Below, one piece after another: positions 1-11,327 of a stretch of DNA of 55,326 nucleotides (positions within the stretch are counted from its first letter, which is position 1; the number at the start of each line of letters is the position of its first letter). The position numbers and the translations under genes were made by a program. The notes under the pieces are model-generated. The model was not told the origin of the DNA, did not search any database, and saw only the letters and a program-made list of their open reading frames with translations. This DNA is from Toensbergia leucococca (lineage: Eukaryota). The stretch spans positions 124,001 to 179,326 of the forward strand of contig JALDZS010000027.1 of NCBI GenBank assembly GCA_022813965.1. Direction: 5' to 3'.

Positions 1-775
1 TCAAAACCTTCACCAACCTCCTCATCGTCTCGAACAAGCCGTGACTCGACTTTCTTCCTACGGGGTAGAAGGGATATCTCGCTGCCACCGTCGTCATCAT
101 CCAGACTAATAAAGTCCCGTTCATTTGCAAGTCGCGCCCTTCGCTCTTTCTTCTCTTTAATCTCAGCCTCTGTAGGTATGATTGCGCCCTGAATCCCGTA
201 TAGCTCTTGCCCAGATTGAGCATATACATCGAGCGTCTTGCCTGTATCATCATCCACATCGGATAGTGATCTTAAATCTTTTGGCGTGGACGGGGTAGAA
301 CTTTTAAGCTCATTCAAGTGGTCCTTGCTATAGCTCGGGCGGTCTTCCGTTTGCCGGAACGGAATACGTTCAGATGATACCGAAGCTAAAGACTTCCGGA
401 GGGCATTCTTCTCAATAGCTTTCCTACTGAGGTTCGATTTCTTTGGAGTAAAGACTTCGGACGTCACATTACCGTCCTCAGTCATCGAAGTTTCGCCGGG
501 GCCAAAAGAAAGCCTCAGAGATGATCGCTTCTTTGGCCTTGAAGACTCGGTCAGATGGACAGACGAAGGGGCCGTAACGGGGGCGCTCTCTAATTAGATG
601 GTCAGCTACATGCAAATAATGCCGATGGTAACGATTGGCCCCGAAAGCCTAGGTTTGAAATCGTACCTCGCTCGTCACTGGAACCTCCATGCACTTCGAC
701 ATCACCACTGCTCTCCTCTATTCCATCTTGGCCAATTATGCGAGGTTTGCGCCTTGCGGCGAAGGACTTTCTCAT
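1..775 (-). CDS. NTR2: Nineteen complex-related protein 2 (spliceosome disassembly factor), 5' part; runs off the window start
   Basis: ATG at 775 (MRKSFAARRKPRIIG), intron 590-666 (GTACGA...GCTGAC...TAG). Exon 2 reads KKRSSLRLSFGPG...RPSYSKDHLNELKSSTPSTPK...IPTEAEIKEKKERRARLA, which I recognise as fungal Ntr2 motifs. Not in the ORF track. Confidence 0.85.
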
Positions 776-1049
776 GTTTGGGGTACTAATTCAGTTTTAA
801 CACCAAGGAAAATATTCGAGTTGAATCCCGGAGCCATAAGGACATTGATAGCTAGCCTGTAGGGGCTTTCAAGAACATATAAGATGAGGGCCGCGCAGCA
901 CAAGATGTTTTGCCTGAATGGCTGTGATTTGTGAATAGAGTACGGATATTTAACCGCTAGCACTATTCTATTCTAGCTCAGCCCTATAGAGTAGACTCCC
1001 TAAGAGTGCCTTTCTGAGGACCAAATAATCCATCACACACTCATTCAAG

Positions 1050-1542
1050 ATGCCACAAGCTCAGCCAGAACTCAAGAAGGTACTCCCCATCAATATCGTA
1101 TTACCACAATCCGCCCGCTAATCAGCAACCCAAGTACCTTGACAAACGGCTATTCGTCCAACTCAATGGGAGCAGAAAAGTCACCGGCGTGCTACGAGGC
1201 TACGATGTACCTATCGCCCTGCGGATGCGACTAGCAAGGCACTGATTAAAAAAACTCAGGTCTTCCTAAACGTTGTTCTGGATGAGGCTGTTGAGGAGAA
1301 GGCTGGAGGGGAGAAGGTCAGAATTGGGATGGTGGTGAGTTTTACTGCTGGCGTGGTGTAGTTGGTTCTCTTGGGACTGATTGATATTGGCGCATCATTA
1401 GGTCATTCGCGGGAACTCTGTAGTAATGCTAGAGGTATGTATTGCAGAAGCTTTTGCAGCTGTGTCTGAATTGCATTCGGAAGGCTGACGCGTGGGTTTG
1501 ATGCAGGCTTTGGAACGTATTGGTGGAGATAGGGATAGGTGA
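1050..1542 (+). CDS. SMX2: Small nuclear ribonucleoprotein Sm G, 81 aa, 5 exons
   Basis: Exons 1050-1079, 1135-1206, 1260-1334, 1402-1434, 1507-1542, joined by four phase-0 GT-AG introns, give [81 protein letters not shown], with the Sm1/Sm2 motifs of SmG. Confidence 0.97.
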
Positions 1543-2349
1543 TACCCATATTGTTTAGGTAGCAGATCAAAAGGAGAGAGGTGATTAAGCAACATTCCGG
1601 GCTGGAACCAACCACCATAGCTCAGCCATAAACACCCAAAAGAAGGGGGGAATGTTCCGATCTTCAAATCAGCGCAGGATTCTTAGAGCTGCTGCTGGAA
1701 TCTCAGTTTGAGGATCTGTTCATTGATTAGGCGCGCTACGTTCATTGAAGGATACGGCCTAAAGGCTGTGTGCAACATCTTGGAACCCCTGGAGGTAAAA
1801 TCCCATGTCTAACCTTTTTCATTAACCCTTGATCGAGTTCACTTCCTATATCTACCTACCTTATAGGCTTGGTTCCACATTAAGAGCTCGCTCCGATGGA
1901 TTTTGTTGTTCTAAAAAATCTAAAGCAACTCTGCGGTTTCTCATGATTGACTTCGACCTTTGATTCTGATGACCTGCATGACTATCACGTGTCCAGCTTT
2001 AAGAAAGACCAGTGTGCTGCAGGCTGTGCTTTACTATGGGACTCGTCGGTGACAATGTATGTCTCCATCGTCAAGAGTATCTCAGGATGTCGCTAGCAAG
2101 ATTTGATGGAGAAGGTAGGGAATGTGTAAGGATCTTCTCAGGTGTCTGTCTGGGGGATTTTTCCAACATTGTTATCCCTACATCTGTCATCGAATCTTTC
2201 GTACCGCGTTCAACAGTAACTCGGGCATACTTGATATTCAAGTCTCTCCCTTGCTACTCTCCAGCAGCCTAATCTAAGGACTAATGAAAAGGATGGATAA
2301 ACCGCAACTTAGAGGTAAGCAAGCAGTCCCCGACTTCATTCCCTTGACC

Positions 2350-2745
2350 TCACTTCGGTGGCAAGGTTGTCGCAAAGCAATACCTCGCAATTTTCCACAC
2401 CCCATCAACCTTCTTCAGCACAAAAAGTTCCTGATTGGCCTCCGGCCCACCACCGCCAGTGGCATGGATCTTAGTCGTCCCCGCCGAACTCGTCCTCGCA
2501 AACGCCCATTCCGGCGCCACGACGGTGACTTCCTCGATGCTGAACTTGACATTGAGGGTAATGGCTTCGAAGATGCCGACATAAGCTTGTCGGACTGCGT
2601 CGGTGCCGATGCTGGAGGGGAAGTGCTGCGGCATGAGGACGCCGTCGGGAGCGTAGAGTTTCATTACTGCCTCCGTGCTGGATTCGTTCAAGGCGTCTTG
2701 GTAGGCGGTCAAAACGGCAGTGGCGGCGGCCTTTTCGTCGTTCAT
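2350..2745 (-). CDS. SnoaL-like / NTF2-fold (DUF4440, ketosteroid isomerase-like) protein, 131 aa, intronless
   Basis: First ATG at 2745: MNDEKAAATAVLTAYQDALNESSTEAVMKLYAPDGVLMP...WAFART...NQELFVLKKVDGVWKIARYCF. The 'LYAPDG' and 'DGxWKI' motifs are typical of SnoaL-fold proteins. Confidence 0.85.
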   Translation of the reverse strand: MNDEKAAATAVLTAYQDALNESSTEAVMKLYAPDGVLMPQHFPSSIGTDAVRQAYVGIFEAITLNVKFSIEEVTVVAPEWAFARTSSAGTTKIHATGGGGPEANQELFVLKKVDGVWKIARYCFATTLPPK

Positions 2746-3120
2746 TGTAGTGGAGGTTGTTAGGATTTTGTGGTTGATTTCTGGAAACAAAAGACTCTTG
2801 GTTGACTTGGAGTCGGACCAATGTTGAAATATTGGATCAGGGGGTCCTTGAAGGATCGATGAAGGGTTGACTTGAGAGAAGGGATAAGATGTTTGGTGTT
2901 CATCCCTTTATCATTTGCCAAAAACCCTCGAAGCGGTATAAATTAGGCTTTTGATCGGTCTCGGGGTTTCCAGAAGGGCGCGCCCGAAGCGGCTTTGCGG
3001 CGCCGATGAGCACCGGCTGACGGTTTAATCGATATTCAACGCTTGTCAACCGAGACTCCATCATGAAGACAAGGCTTGCATTCGATTGTAACCTTTGATA
3101 GACCTTTGATACATTTACTC

Positions 3121-3960
3121 ATTCATGCTAGTACACACTGACATTGCTCTGCCTTGAAGTACTCACTTATTCAATCGTTTTCCACTTCATAGCATGTTGT
3201 ATGTCTTATGAGCAGGATATAGTTTTCACTGAGCTGTAAGCAATGTTGTTAGAAGTATCACAGTTCTGTATGATGGTGAAAATGGAGTCAGGCATGAAAG
3301 GTGTCATGAAAGAGGCTGCAAATTCAAAAAGATGAAGGGAGAGCAGGAGATTTTCTTGTGATGCTAGTGTTCGTTGTCACTGCTTATGAAGATTTGTTGC
3401 TACCTTATCACTTCATGCTGAAACAGCTTTTGTGAGTTGTTGCAAGTATCTCAAACACGTACCAAGTCTTCTTTAATTTTCTGATATACTCTTCTTCAAT
3501 TCTGTGTGTGCTCTGTTTTCTTGCCCTTTTTACTGATGTACATTCTCACTTTTAATTTGATGAGCATGCTCATTTTGCAAATGTATCTTCAGCGGTGCAT
3601 TATCTTGCTTCTGTCTCTCACTTTGTGTGCATCATATACATCAGATAATATGCAGTACTAAAGCATCTCACAATCTTATTAAGATAAATCAATTGATTGG
3701 TCATCAGAGCTTGAGAGTCAAAACTGGAAAAAAAAGAAAGACTTATTCTGATCATCAGAAAAATGCTAGAGCTAGCTCTTACTTACATCTCATTCAACTG
3801 ATGAGTTTATTGAATTAAGAACTTGATATGAATTCAGAAGGTAAACATTAAGTGAACAAACTCAGTCATTTAAAACCCTCTGTTATCTTGCCTATAGACA
3901 GCTAGTTTCTCTTCAATGTACTCAACCTCTAGCAACTCCATCAGTTCATGTATCAAACTC
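3121..3960. other. AT-rich, CpG-depleted decayed sequence (probable mutated repeat or transposon relic)
   Basis: About 4 CpG counted by eye in 840 bp, with abundant TG/CA dinucleotides and no credible ORF. The flanking genes are CpG-rich. Confidence 0.55.
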
Positions 3961-4004
3961 ATTAGTAATTTCTATCACCATCAAAACATCAAAAACAATC
4001 CTAC

Positions 4005-5903
4005 TCATAACACGTTCCTCCCAATATCAACAAAAACATCCATCCCCTTCACCGGACCATTAACCCCCAAAGCAGGCGTGAACTCATCAAGTACCGGAAA
4101 CCGTTGATGCGAATCATGACCGACAGCGGCGCCCTCCTCCTGCCCCGCGAGCCTTACATCAAAGCGATTCAGAAAAAGCGCCACAAACACCAGCATCTCC
4201 TGCCGGGCCAGGAAGCGACCGGGGCACCAATTCACGCCACCGCCAAAAGGTCTGAAAGCCGGCGAGTGGCGCAGATGATGCTGCTTTAGGAATCTCTCCG
4301 CGTCAAAGCGGGCGGGATCTTCTCCGAAGACGGACTTGTGGTAGTGGAGCTGGCGGAAGGGGATGAGGATGGTGTTGCCGGCACGGAGGATTTTGGTGCC
4401 AATTTCCGTCGGGGCTGTGATTTTGCGGGCGGACAAGGCGCCGTTGGTCACTCGAAGGGTTTCGTTGTAGACGGCGTCGAGGCGGGGGCAGTTGTTCAGG
4501 AGATGGGGAAGGTTGATCTCGCCGTCTTGGCAGGCAGTGCGGGTTTCGGCGCGGATGGTAGCGAGAAGGGCTTTGTCGAAGAGGATGTGGGTGAGGATCC
4601 AGAAGGCCAGTTTGTAGGGGTTGATATTTGCGCTGAGAGGTAGAGGGAAACTTTTGTTAGCAACTTTGGATCTGGATGGGATGATAATGGGGATATCTCT
4701 AGCCCTAGCTAAAGAATATTGCCAGGAGGGAGAGGCAGCTTACGCCCAATATATCATGAGTAACAAGGCTGCCTTATCTTCGTTGCTGATATCAATAGTT
4801 TTGTGCTCCTCCATTACCTCTTCAATCAACCAAGCTCTTCCGGCACGCATCTCTTCAGGCGATTGGATATAAGTCACAAAAGCTCCGAGTAACTTTTGTC
4901 GCGCCTTATGAAGCTTGCTGCCTTTCTTTTGAGGGTAATGGAAAATGAGCATCCAAGCGTCGTCATTGAAATCCAGGAGATTTTGAATCATTTCCGGCTC
5001 CGTGTCATATATGCGGTCCCCAAAAAAGGTCCTGGTGATTGCATCGACTAATACCTCGCCGCACAAATCCTGGAGAGACACTTTCATGATCCATCCTGAA
5101 CATGGTGGTCCGTACCGCGTGGAAAGCTTTCCCCAGTGTAAGGATTCACCGAGACATCCTAAAAGCTTTCCGCTAAACATGTCGAGCTTCTCTCCCGGGA
5201 GCAGCTGGCGCTTGTACAGGTCCAATGTAGAATGTATGACCGATGACCCACTAATTTTCTCATGAGGTACGTCACCCCTTTCTTTACGAATAGCTCCTAC
5301 AGCAGGCTTGAGCCATAATTTGGGAATGACAGATGCCCTAACACCAAAGGCCACCAAAAGCTCATTCAGCATGACGTCCCAGGAAACAGTTGTATTGTTC
5401 CTGTAGACCTTGCTGACATCTTCGGGGGACGTGAGAACATAGAGCTTCCTCCCACCCACAATTATCGTAAAGGGTTCACCAGTATTATGAACGTATTTCC
5501 TTCACTGCAGTCAGTGCTGACGATGGAACGGCTTGATGAATGGGGAACTTTACGCCCCATAAGATATCAGGGCTTGGGCATCCTTGATGAAAGCAAAGGC
5601 ATGGCCTACACCAAGATCAATGACTTCTTCATCGGCGCTAGGGCGACAGCCTACCTAACACTTCAGGAAAAGAATCAGTACTAATTTTCACGAATGACAA
5701 TCAAGCTGACCTGGTACCCAATAAGGGATTTCTCTTGGTTCTTGTGGTCGCAAAATGGGTAAAATAGTAAAGGTCCAAAGCCGCCACAATAAAAGTAATA
5801 TACCAGGTACGAGGATTACTATTCCCACAATGAGTCGGTCGAAGGGCGATGAGTCGAGGCTTCTTAAGACAAATGCAAAGCATTCTGTGACTTCTAAAAG
5901 CAT
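4005..5903 (-). CDS. Cytochrome P450, CYP7/CYP8 (prostacyclin synthase)-like fungal group, 5 exons
   Basis: Exons 5903-5711, 5660-5655, 5605-5554, 5499-4744, 4632-4005 join in frame. Features: N-terminal TM anchor, PYWVPVLGH, I-helix MIYWAANINP, ExxR (NETLR), DAERF, heme motif FGGGVNWCPGR. Confidence 0.93.
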
Positions 5904-7147
5904 GTTTTCCCAAGCGTCAAGTCTCAGTTTCAATACAATGGACGAGAGATGAGCAACCTAAGAGATAAAAGACGGGTCTAAAGCTCTCGCTTTATGCTTG
6001 AAAAATGACAGTGAATGCTGGCTGGTATTCATCTGATATTCAACACCTCCTCGCTTTCACCTCAGCCGAGCACCTGTTTTTGGCATCCCAATAACTGTGT
6101 GTCGGCATAGATAACCCGCTCTGAAGCATCTTTAAAGATCATTATCCACGGCCATCCAACTCACGACGAGCAAGAATATCAACGGCGGCCGGCATGGATG
6201 GTGCCTAGAATTTCAGCATGTGGAAGTTAACTTGTCCACAGATAGTAGGGGACGAGCAAATGAAATCAAAAGTGAGTCGGCTGCATCTACCGCAGAATTA
6301 GAATAATGATCATTTGTAATCAAACCCAGGATTCTGTCAGGGCTTTTCAAACACTCCAAAATAGCCATTGATCTTACAAAACGCATCAGAAAAGAATTTG
6401 CCAAGCCTAAATCATGGGTCGAACAGCCACGGCACTCTTTGGCCTTGATTATCCAGACATAGCGGCTGGAGATTGGTGGAAGGTCATCATGTTGAATGAC
6501 TACTCTAACAAACCTGGGGAAATAACGAGTCAAGATAACTACCGACTTGAAAGGTGCCGAGAGAGAAGCTGGAAAGAAGAAAGCCGAAGAGAGACTTATA
6601 GACCTCATTGGACAACAACGGAACGCATATGAAGGATTGATATCGGCAGTCAGTGTGATAGGAGATCACCGAAGCGTATTGCATACAACAAAAAACATGG
6701 TTCTAGTAGTCAAATTAGGACTGGCACAAGCAAAAAGGAGTAGTAGTAAGGAGAGTGCAAGGCTACATTGAATTCTGTAGTACTGGTACAGATTGATCTC
6801 ATCCGACCACGATTACGTCGTGATATATCGAGCATGAGTGAGGTGGTAGATGGTGGGAGAAAGCCTTAGGGCTGCGCTAGCCCACAGTTATGGAAAGCGA
6901 GAGTATGCGGAGTAATAGAATACCGTAGAACATCCGTACACGTGCACGTGCAGAATACGGCTGGCTGGAAGAACCTTTCACGCAAGAGGCTCAATCAATC
7001 CCCTCAGAATATCTTCGTTGTAGTATATATCCTTAGTATCCCTTCCTATCATTGTACTTCCTTCCATTCTTCATTTCTGCCTATTCTATTACCCGTCATC
7101 ATTAGCGCAATCATGTTCTGCGCCCTCACCTCCGCCAAGACTGTACT

Positions 7148-9209
7148 ATGACATCCTATTATCACCACATAAGGACAAACTACTTACATGACGACTTCGA
7201 AAAAAAGCCTGGCTTCTTCAGCAATCTTGCCCGACAAACATCACTCCCTCTCAACTTTTGGCCATCTGGTCCCAGGTTACTCTCGGCGCAGAAGAATTGG
7301 ACATTCAGATCGTTGTTGAGCGCTCGACTGGGCTTGATTGTACTCTGGGTGATTACACTATGGTGGGGTGAGGACTATGTTTTCAGGCGGGACGTGAGGA
7401 ATTGCGCCTGGGAGGGCTGGGAGTCTTGGGTACGTAATCAGCCTTCTGTCAATTTGTGGAGACTTGAGTGTTCTGCCTAACGACCGACGCCATTTATAGC
7501 CACCTGGAGCAGAGCAGCATCGTATCATACTCGTCGCTGATCCTCAACTGGTTGATCCCCATACCTATCCTGGCCGACCGTGGCCTCTGTCTAGCCTTAC
7601 TATTCGTCATACTGATCTATATCTTCGAAAGTCCTTTCAGCTGCTTCAAGAAGTGCTGGATCCTGACACTGTTATATTTCTAGGCGATCTGTTTGACGGA
7701 GGCCGAGAATGGGCCACACCGAAAAGTGAGAGCCCTGAAAAGGCATGGAAGAAATATGGTGAAGATTTCTGGTTGCAAGAGTACGATCGCTTTGGTGGCA
7801 TTTTCTTCGCTCGTTGGAACCAAGGTGTGAGCAGGCCGGAGCGGAGTCGGAAGATATTGGCCGGACTCCCTGGAAATCATGATCTTGGTATAGGGACTGG
7901 TATTCAATTACCTGTAAGAGATAGATTCAATGCTTTTTTTGGTGATGGTAATCGAATCGATATTATTGGTAATCACACAATCGTATCAGTGGATACAGTC
8001 TCGCTGAGTGCGCACGGGGAATCGGATCCAGTCACGGGTAGTCAAGGTGCCGGTGAAGGGGAAGGACCAAATTCCAAAATATGGGGTCCAACAGAGCAAT
8101 TTCTTACAGACGCGAAAGCCACCAAAGCAAGAGCCATCAATCGAATATTGAGATTGCAAGCTGGAAAGACCGAAAACGAGAGACAAAATCATACTGTTCT
8201 AGAGCTGCTTGAGCCTCTGGCGCTCAACGTGCCTCTACCGAATACTGTGCAAGAACTTCCAGATATACCATCCATTCTCTTGACTCACGTACCCCTGTAT
8301 AGAGCCCCAGATACACCTTGTGGACCGCTCAGGGAGTCGGGATCAAACGCAATTGCGGTGCAAAAGGGATATCAATACCAGAACGTGCTTGCCCAGTCAA
8401 TATCATCTGAGCTGATTGAGAAGATTGGAAACGTGGAAAATGTCTTCTCTGGTGACGATCATGATTATTGCGAGGTCATCCATAAGGGCTACACTCCAAA
8501 AGCTGGTGGAATTCGAGAGATTACTGTCAAGTCCATGTCCTGGGCTATGGGGGTGCGGAAACCCGGATTTCTAATGTTGAGCTTGTGGAATCCAATAGAT
8601 TCGTACGGCAATGCAATAACGGCTGGTCACGTCGTGAACAGCGATGGTGGAAGGGCCAAAACCGTGCAAACCCATCTCTGTCTCCTACCAGATCAGCTTT
8701 CAATCTTCACTCGATACGGCTTTCTATTGGCCTCAACCCTCATCACTCTAATTATCTGCGCTTTTTTAAACGTCTACGGCCCATCCGCAACATCCAATGA
8801 ACTCGACAGCACTCTCCTCCCGACATCCTATCGTCGCCTCTCATCCACAAAACGAGAACCTCTCTCATCCCTAGCAAGCTCAAACTCCTCAACCGCCTCT
8901 CATCATAACGGTCTCGCCGTACGCTCATCCGCCGCCCGTACTAGAAGCGTCAGTCCCTCCACTAGCTATGGCTACGGTCTTCCAATAACAGCGACAACCC
9001 CACCCACACTATCCAGCGATAACTTCGGCCCATCCAGCACAAGTGAAATGTTTGACCAAAAGGAGTGGAACGATGTCCCTCTTCACGATACATCGAAGCG
9101 AAAGCGTACTCACGGTATAATAGCTGTGTTCCGAGACTTTCGAACTGGAATCGGGCAAGTGGCGATTTTTGCGCTGCTTTGGTATGCATGGCTCGTATGG
9201 CACGCTTGA
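7148..9209 (+). CDS. CDC1: Calcineurin-like metallophosphoesterase, Cdc1 family (GPI remodelling / Mn2+ homeostasis)
   Basis: One intron 7430-7499. Motifs ADPQLVDPHTYPGRPWPL, FLGDLFDGGREW, LPGNHDLG, LLTHVPLY, FSGDDHDYCE, EITVKSMSWAMG; N- and C-terminal TM segments. Confidence 0.93.
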
Positions 9210-11327
9210 GGCAAATCCAAGCACGGTGTCTTGACTGCTTGCACAGAGTTGATAGAAGACCAACTTTTGGATATCATTACTGTGATGTTACAAGTACATG
9301 CATCAAATACATTTTCCACGTTATCGACTCTCTTTTCTCCCATGCAGCATACCCATTTCTTCCCCACCAACACTCACTACTTGACATCGCTGGCACCACG
9401 AGCCAGCTACGTTACCCCAGCTCTCCACAAGTCATTCATACTACAATAACCATCATCACCGCGCGTGATTCAAGGTCTACAACATGTAAAGTCAAGAAGA
9501 GCTTTTGAGTGAGAAGAAGTTGAAGATCCGTCATGGGACAAAGGCTGGTCAACAAAATGTAGCCCGCCTATGGAATGGGCAATGCAAACACAATCGAGCA
9601 GCTGATCAAAAGCTCCGGGGTCCATAGGTTTGGGGGGGGCGGAGATGGAGGCGCTTTGATGGGGTTTGCGATGAGGAGATGTCGGAGAGACGCGGGCTTT
9701 GGCTCTGGATATCGATTTGGGAAGTTGGGAAGAAGATGTGAGGTGTTGGCATTGCTGTTGGTATGGATGTCTATGGAGTTTGAGGTGATGGCATGTTGAG
9801 ATGTTCATGTTTCCCCCCCCCCTCCCCCCCTCATGTTTTTCCATTGTATTTATCTATGTTTAGCTAGTGCTGATGGTTTGAAGCGATGTCTCTCTTCGTT
9901 ACACTAGTGGAGTGTGCTCTATTGGGTAAGTCTCAGATGGGTACCTGATTCTCCTTGATTAAATATCAAGGAAGATTTGAAGATGGGGGGTTTTTGTGTG
10001 GAACGCCAATACCATGGTTTGTCTTTTCTCAACTTTTTTGTTCATTTCGGTCACTTGTTTGCGCCAGCTTAATTATTCCTTTGAGTATTTGTCTCAATCT
10101 CCTCATTTTCAAAGAATTTTTTCTTTGATTGAGCGCAGATTCTGTTGGAAAGTGTTGATGCAGAGCGCTGCTTGAATCTCAGATGTCAGAGATGCATTTG
10201 ATCTGTTGAAACACCAATTGTGACGCTTGCCCCCTATCTTATTAAAGCTGAAGATTTTGTTGCGCATTTGATAGAGCGGTTTGATTAGGAAGATTTGAAA
10301 CCACTTTTTTTTTTTAATTTTGGAAGGGGGTAAGGAAATTGTTGGATGTGCAATGCGACCTGATTGAATATATTCTGATGGCAAGCACACCACTTACAGA
10401 CCCTCAATCAACTCCCCCCCTTTCCCTTTTTCTTCTTCAACTTCTTAACTGTTACGGATTATCCTGGATCCTCCACATGAGGCACCGTGATGCATTGACG
10501 GATCGGGCCTAGCGCCTCACTTAGGCCCGCACACACACATAGATAGTGGGATTTCCCCTCATAGCTTAGATTCTCGATCCAGCACCATACTAAATATCAG
10601 AGATATCAACCCCATAGCGGAATATCCCTGACATTAACTCCCCATCTCCTCAAACTCCTCACCTCCTCAAATCACACACCTCACACCCCCCACCCTCCAA
10701 CCCTTACAAAACCCCAAAAAATCAGCCCCCCTCAATCTTTCAAACCCCCTCGTCACTGATCAGAAAAAACAAAAAAAAGAGCATGTCTTTGACTAGTTGC
10801 AACCCCCCCTTTCAGCCCTCCAAAATCCGAGATGATTAATATGCTGAGAAGAAAAGGGAAAGGGAAGGGAATGAAAATGATTCTGTTTTGCGCCGCGCTC
10901 TTGATTTGTGCCATCTCATTTCGAAATTGGGTTCATTGGTTGGAGGAGGTAGAGTATGGACGGAGTGAGAGTGATTGTGTTGAACTTTTTTAAAGGGGGG
11001 GGTTGCCAATTTTGGTTGGTTAGGCAAGATTCTTTGTGGAATGGAAGTTTTGGGATTTTAGGTAGTTTGTACAAGTAAGGGTTTTTTTTTGATTTACTTG
11101 GGTGTCCAAAAAATAAAAGAAAGCATCTAAACAAAAGTACAAGATAAAAAGATTAAAACGAATATGACCATTTACCAACAAGGCGTCGAACATAACCCTC
11201 AAACTCCACGCTTGATGCCAAATGTACATATACACCCATGTACCCAGCCAGTCCCAATCCCCTCTTTCTTCCTCTCCCAAAAAAAAGACTCCCTCAGAGA
11301 CCATGCGGGAAAGAAAATGGCAAAGCA

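Noticed and set aside
3240..3660. Possible decayed bZIP/bHLH-like ORF on the minus strand within the CpG-depleted patch
   Set aside because: Careful translation gives mixed TGA and TAG stops and no convincing motif.
6213..6771. Overlapping short ORFs between the P450 and CDC1
   Set aside because: No recognisable domain or consistent splice structure; a pseudogene cannot be excluded.
9470..10400. ORFs of 74-124 aa downstream of CDC1, possible transposon relic
   Set aside because: No transposase or RT motif and no terminal repeats; the composition is explained by the local skew.
10504..10529. Small hairpin CGGGCCTAG...TTAGGCCCG
   Set aside because: Stem of only 8-9 bp with no tRNA or snoRNA context; compatible with chance.
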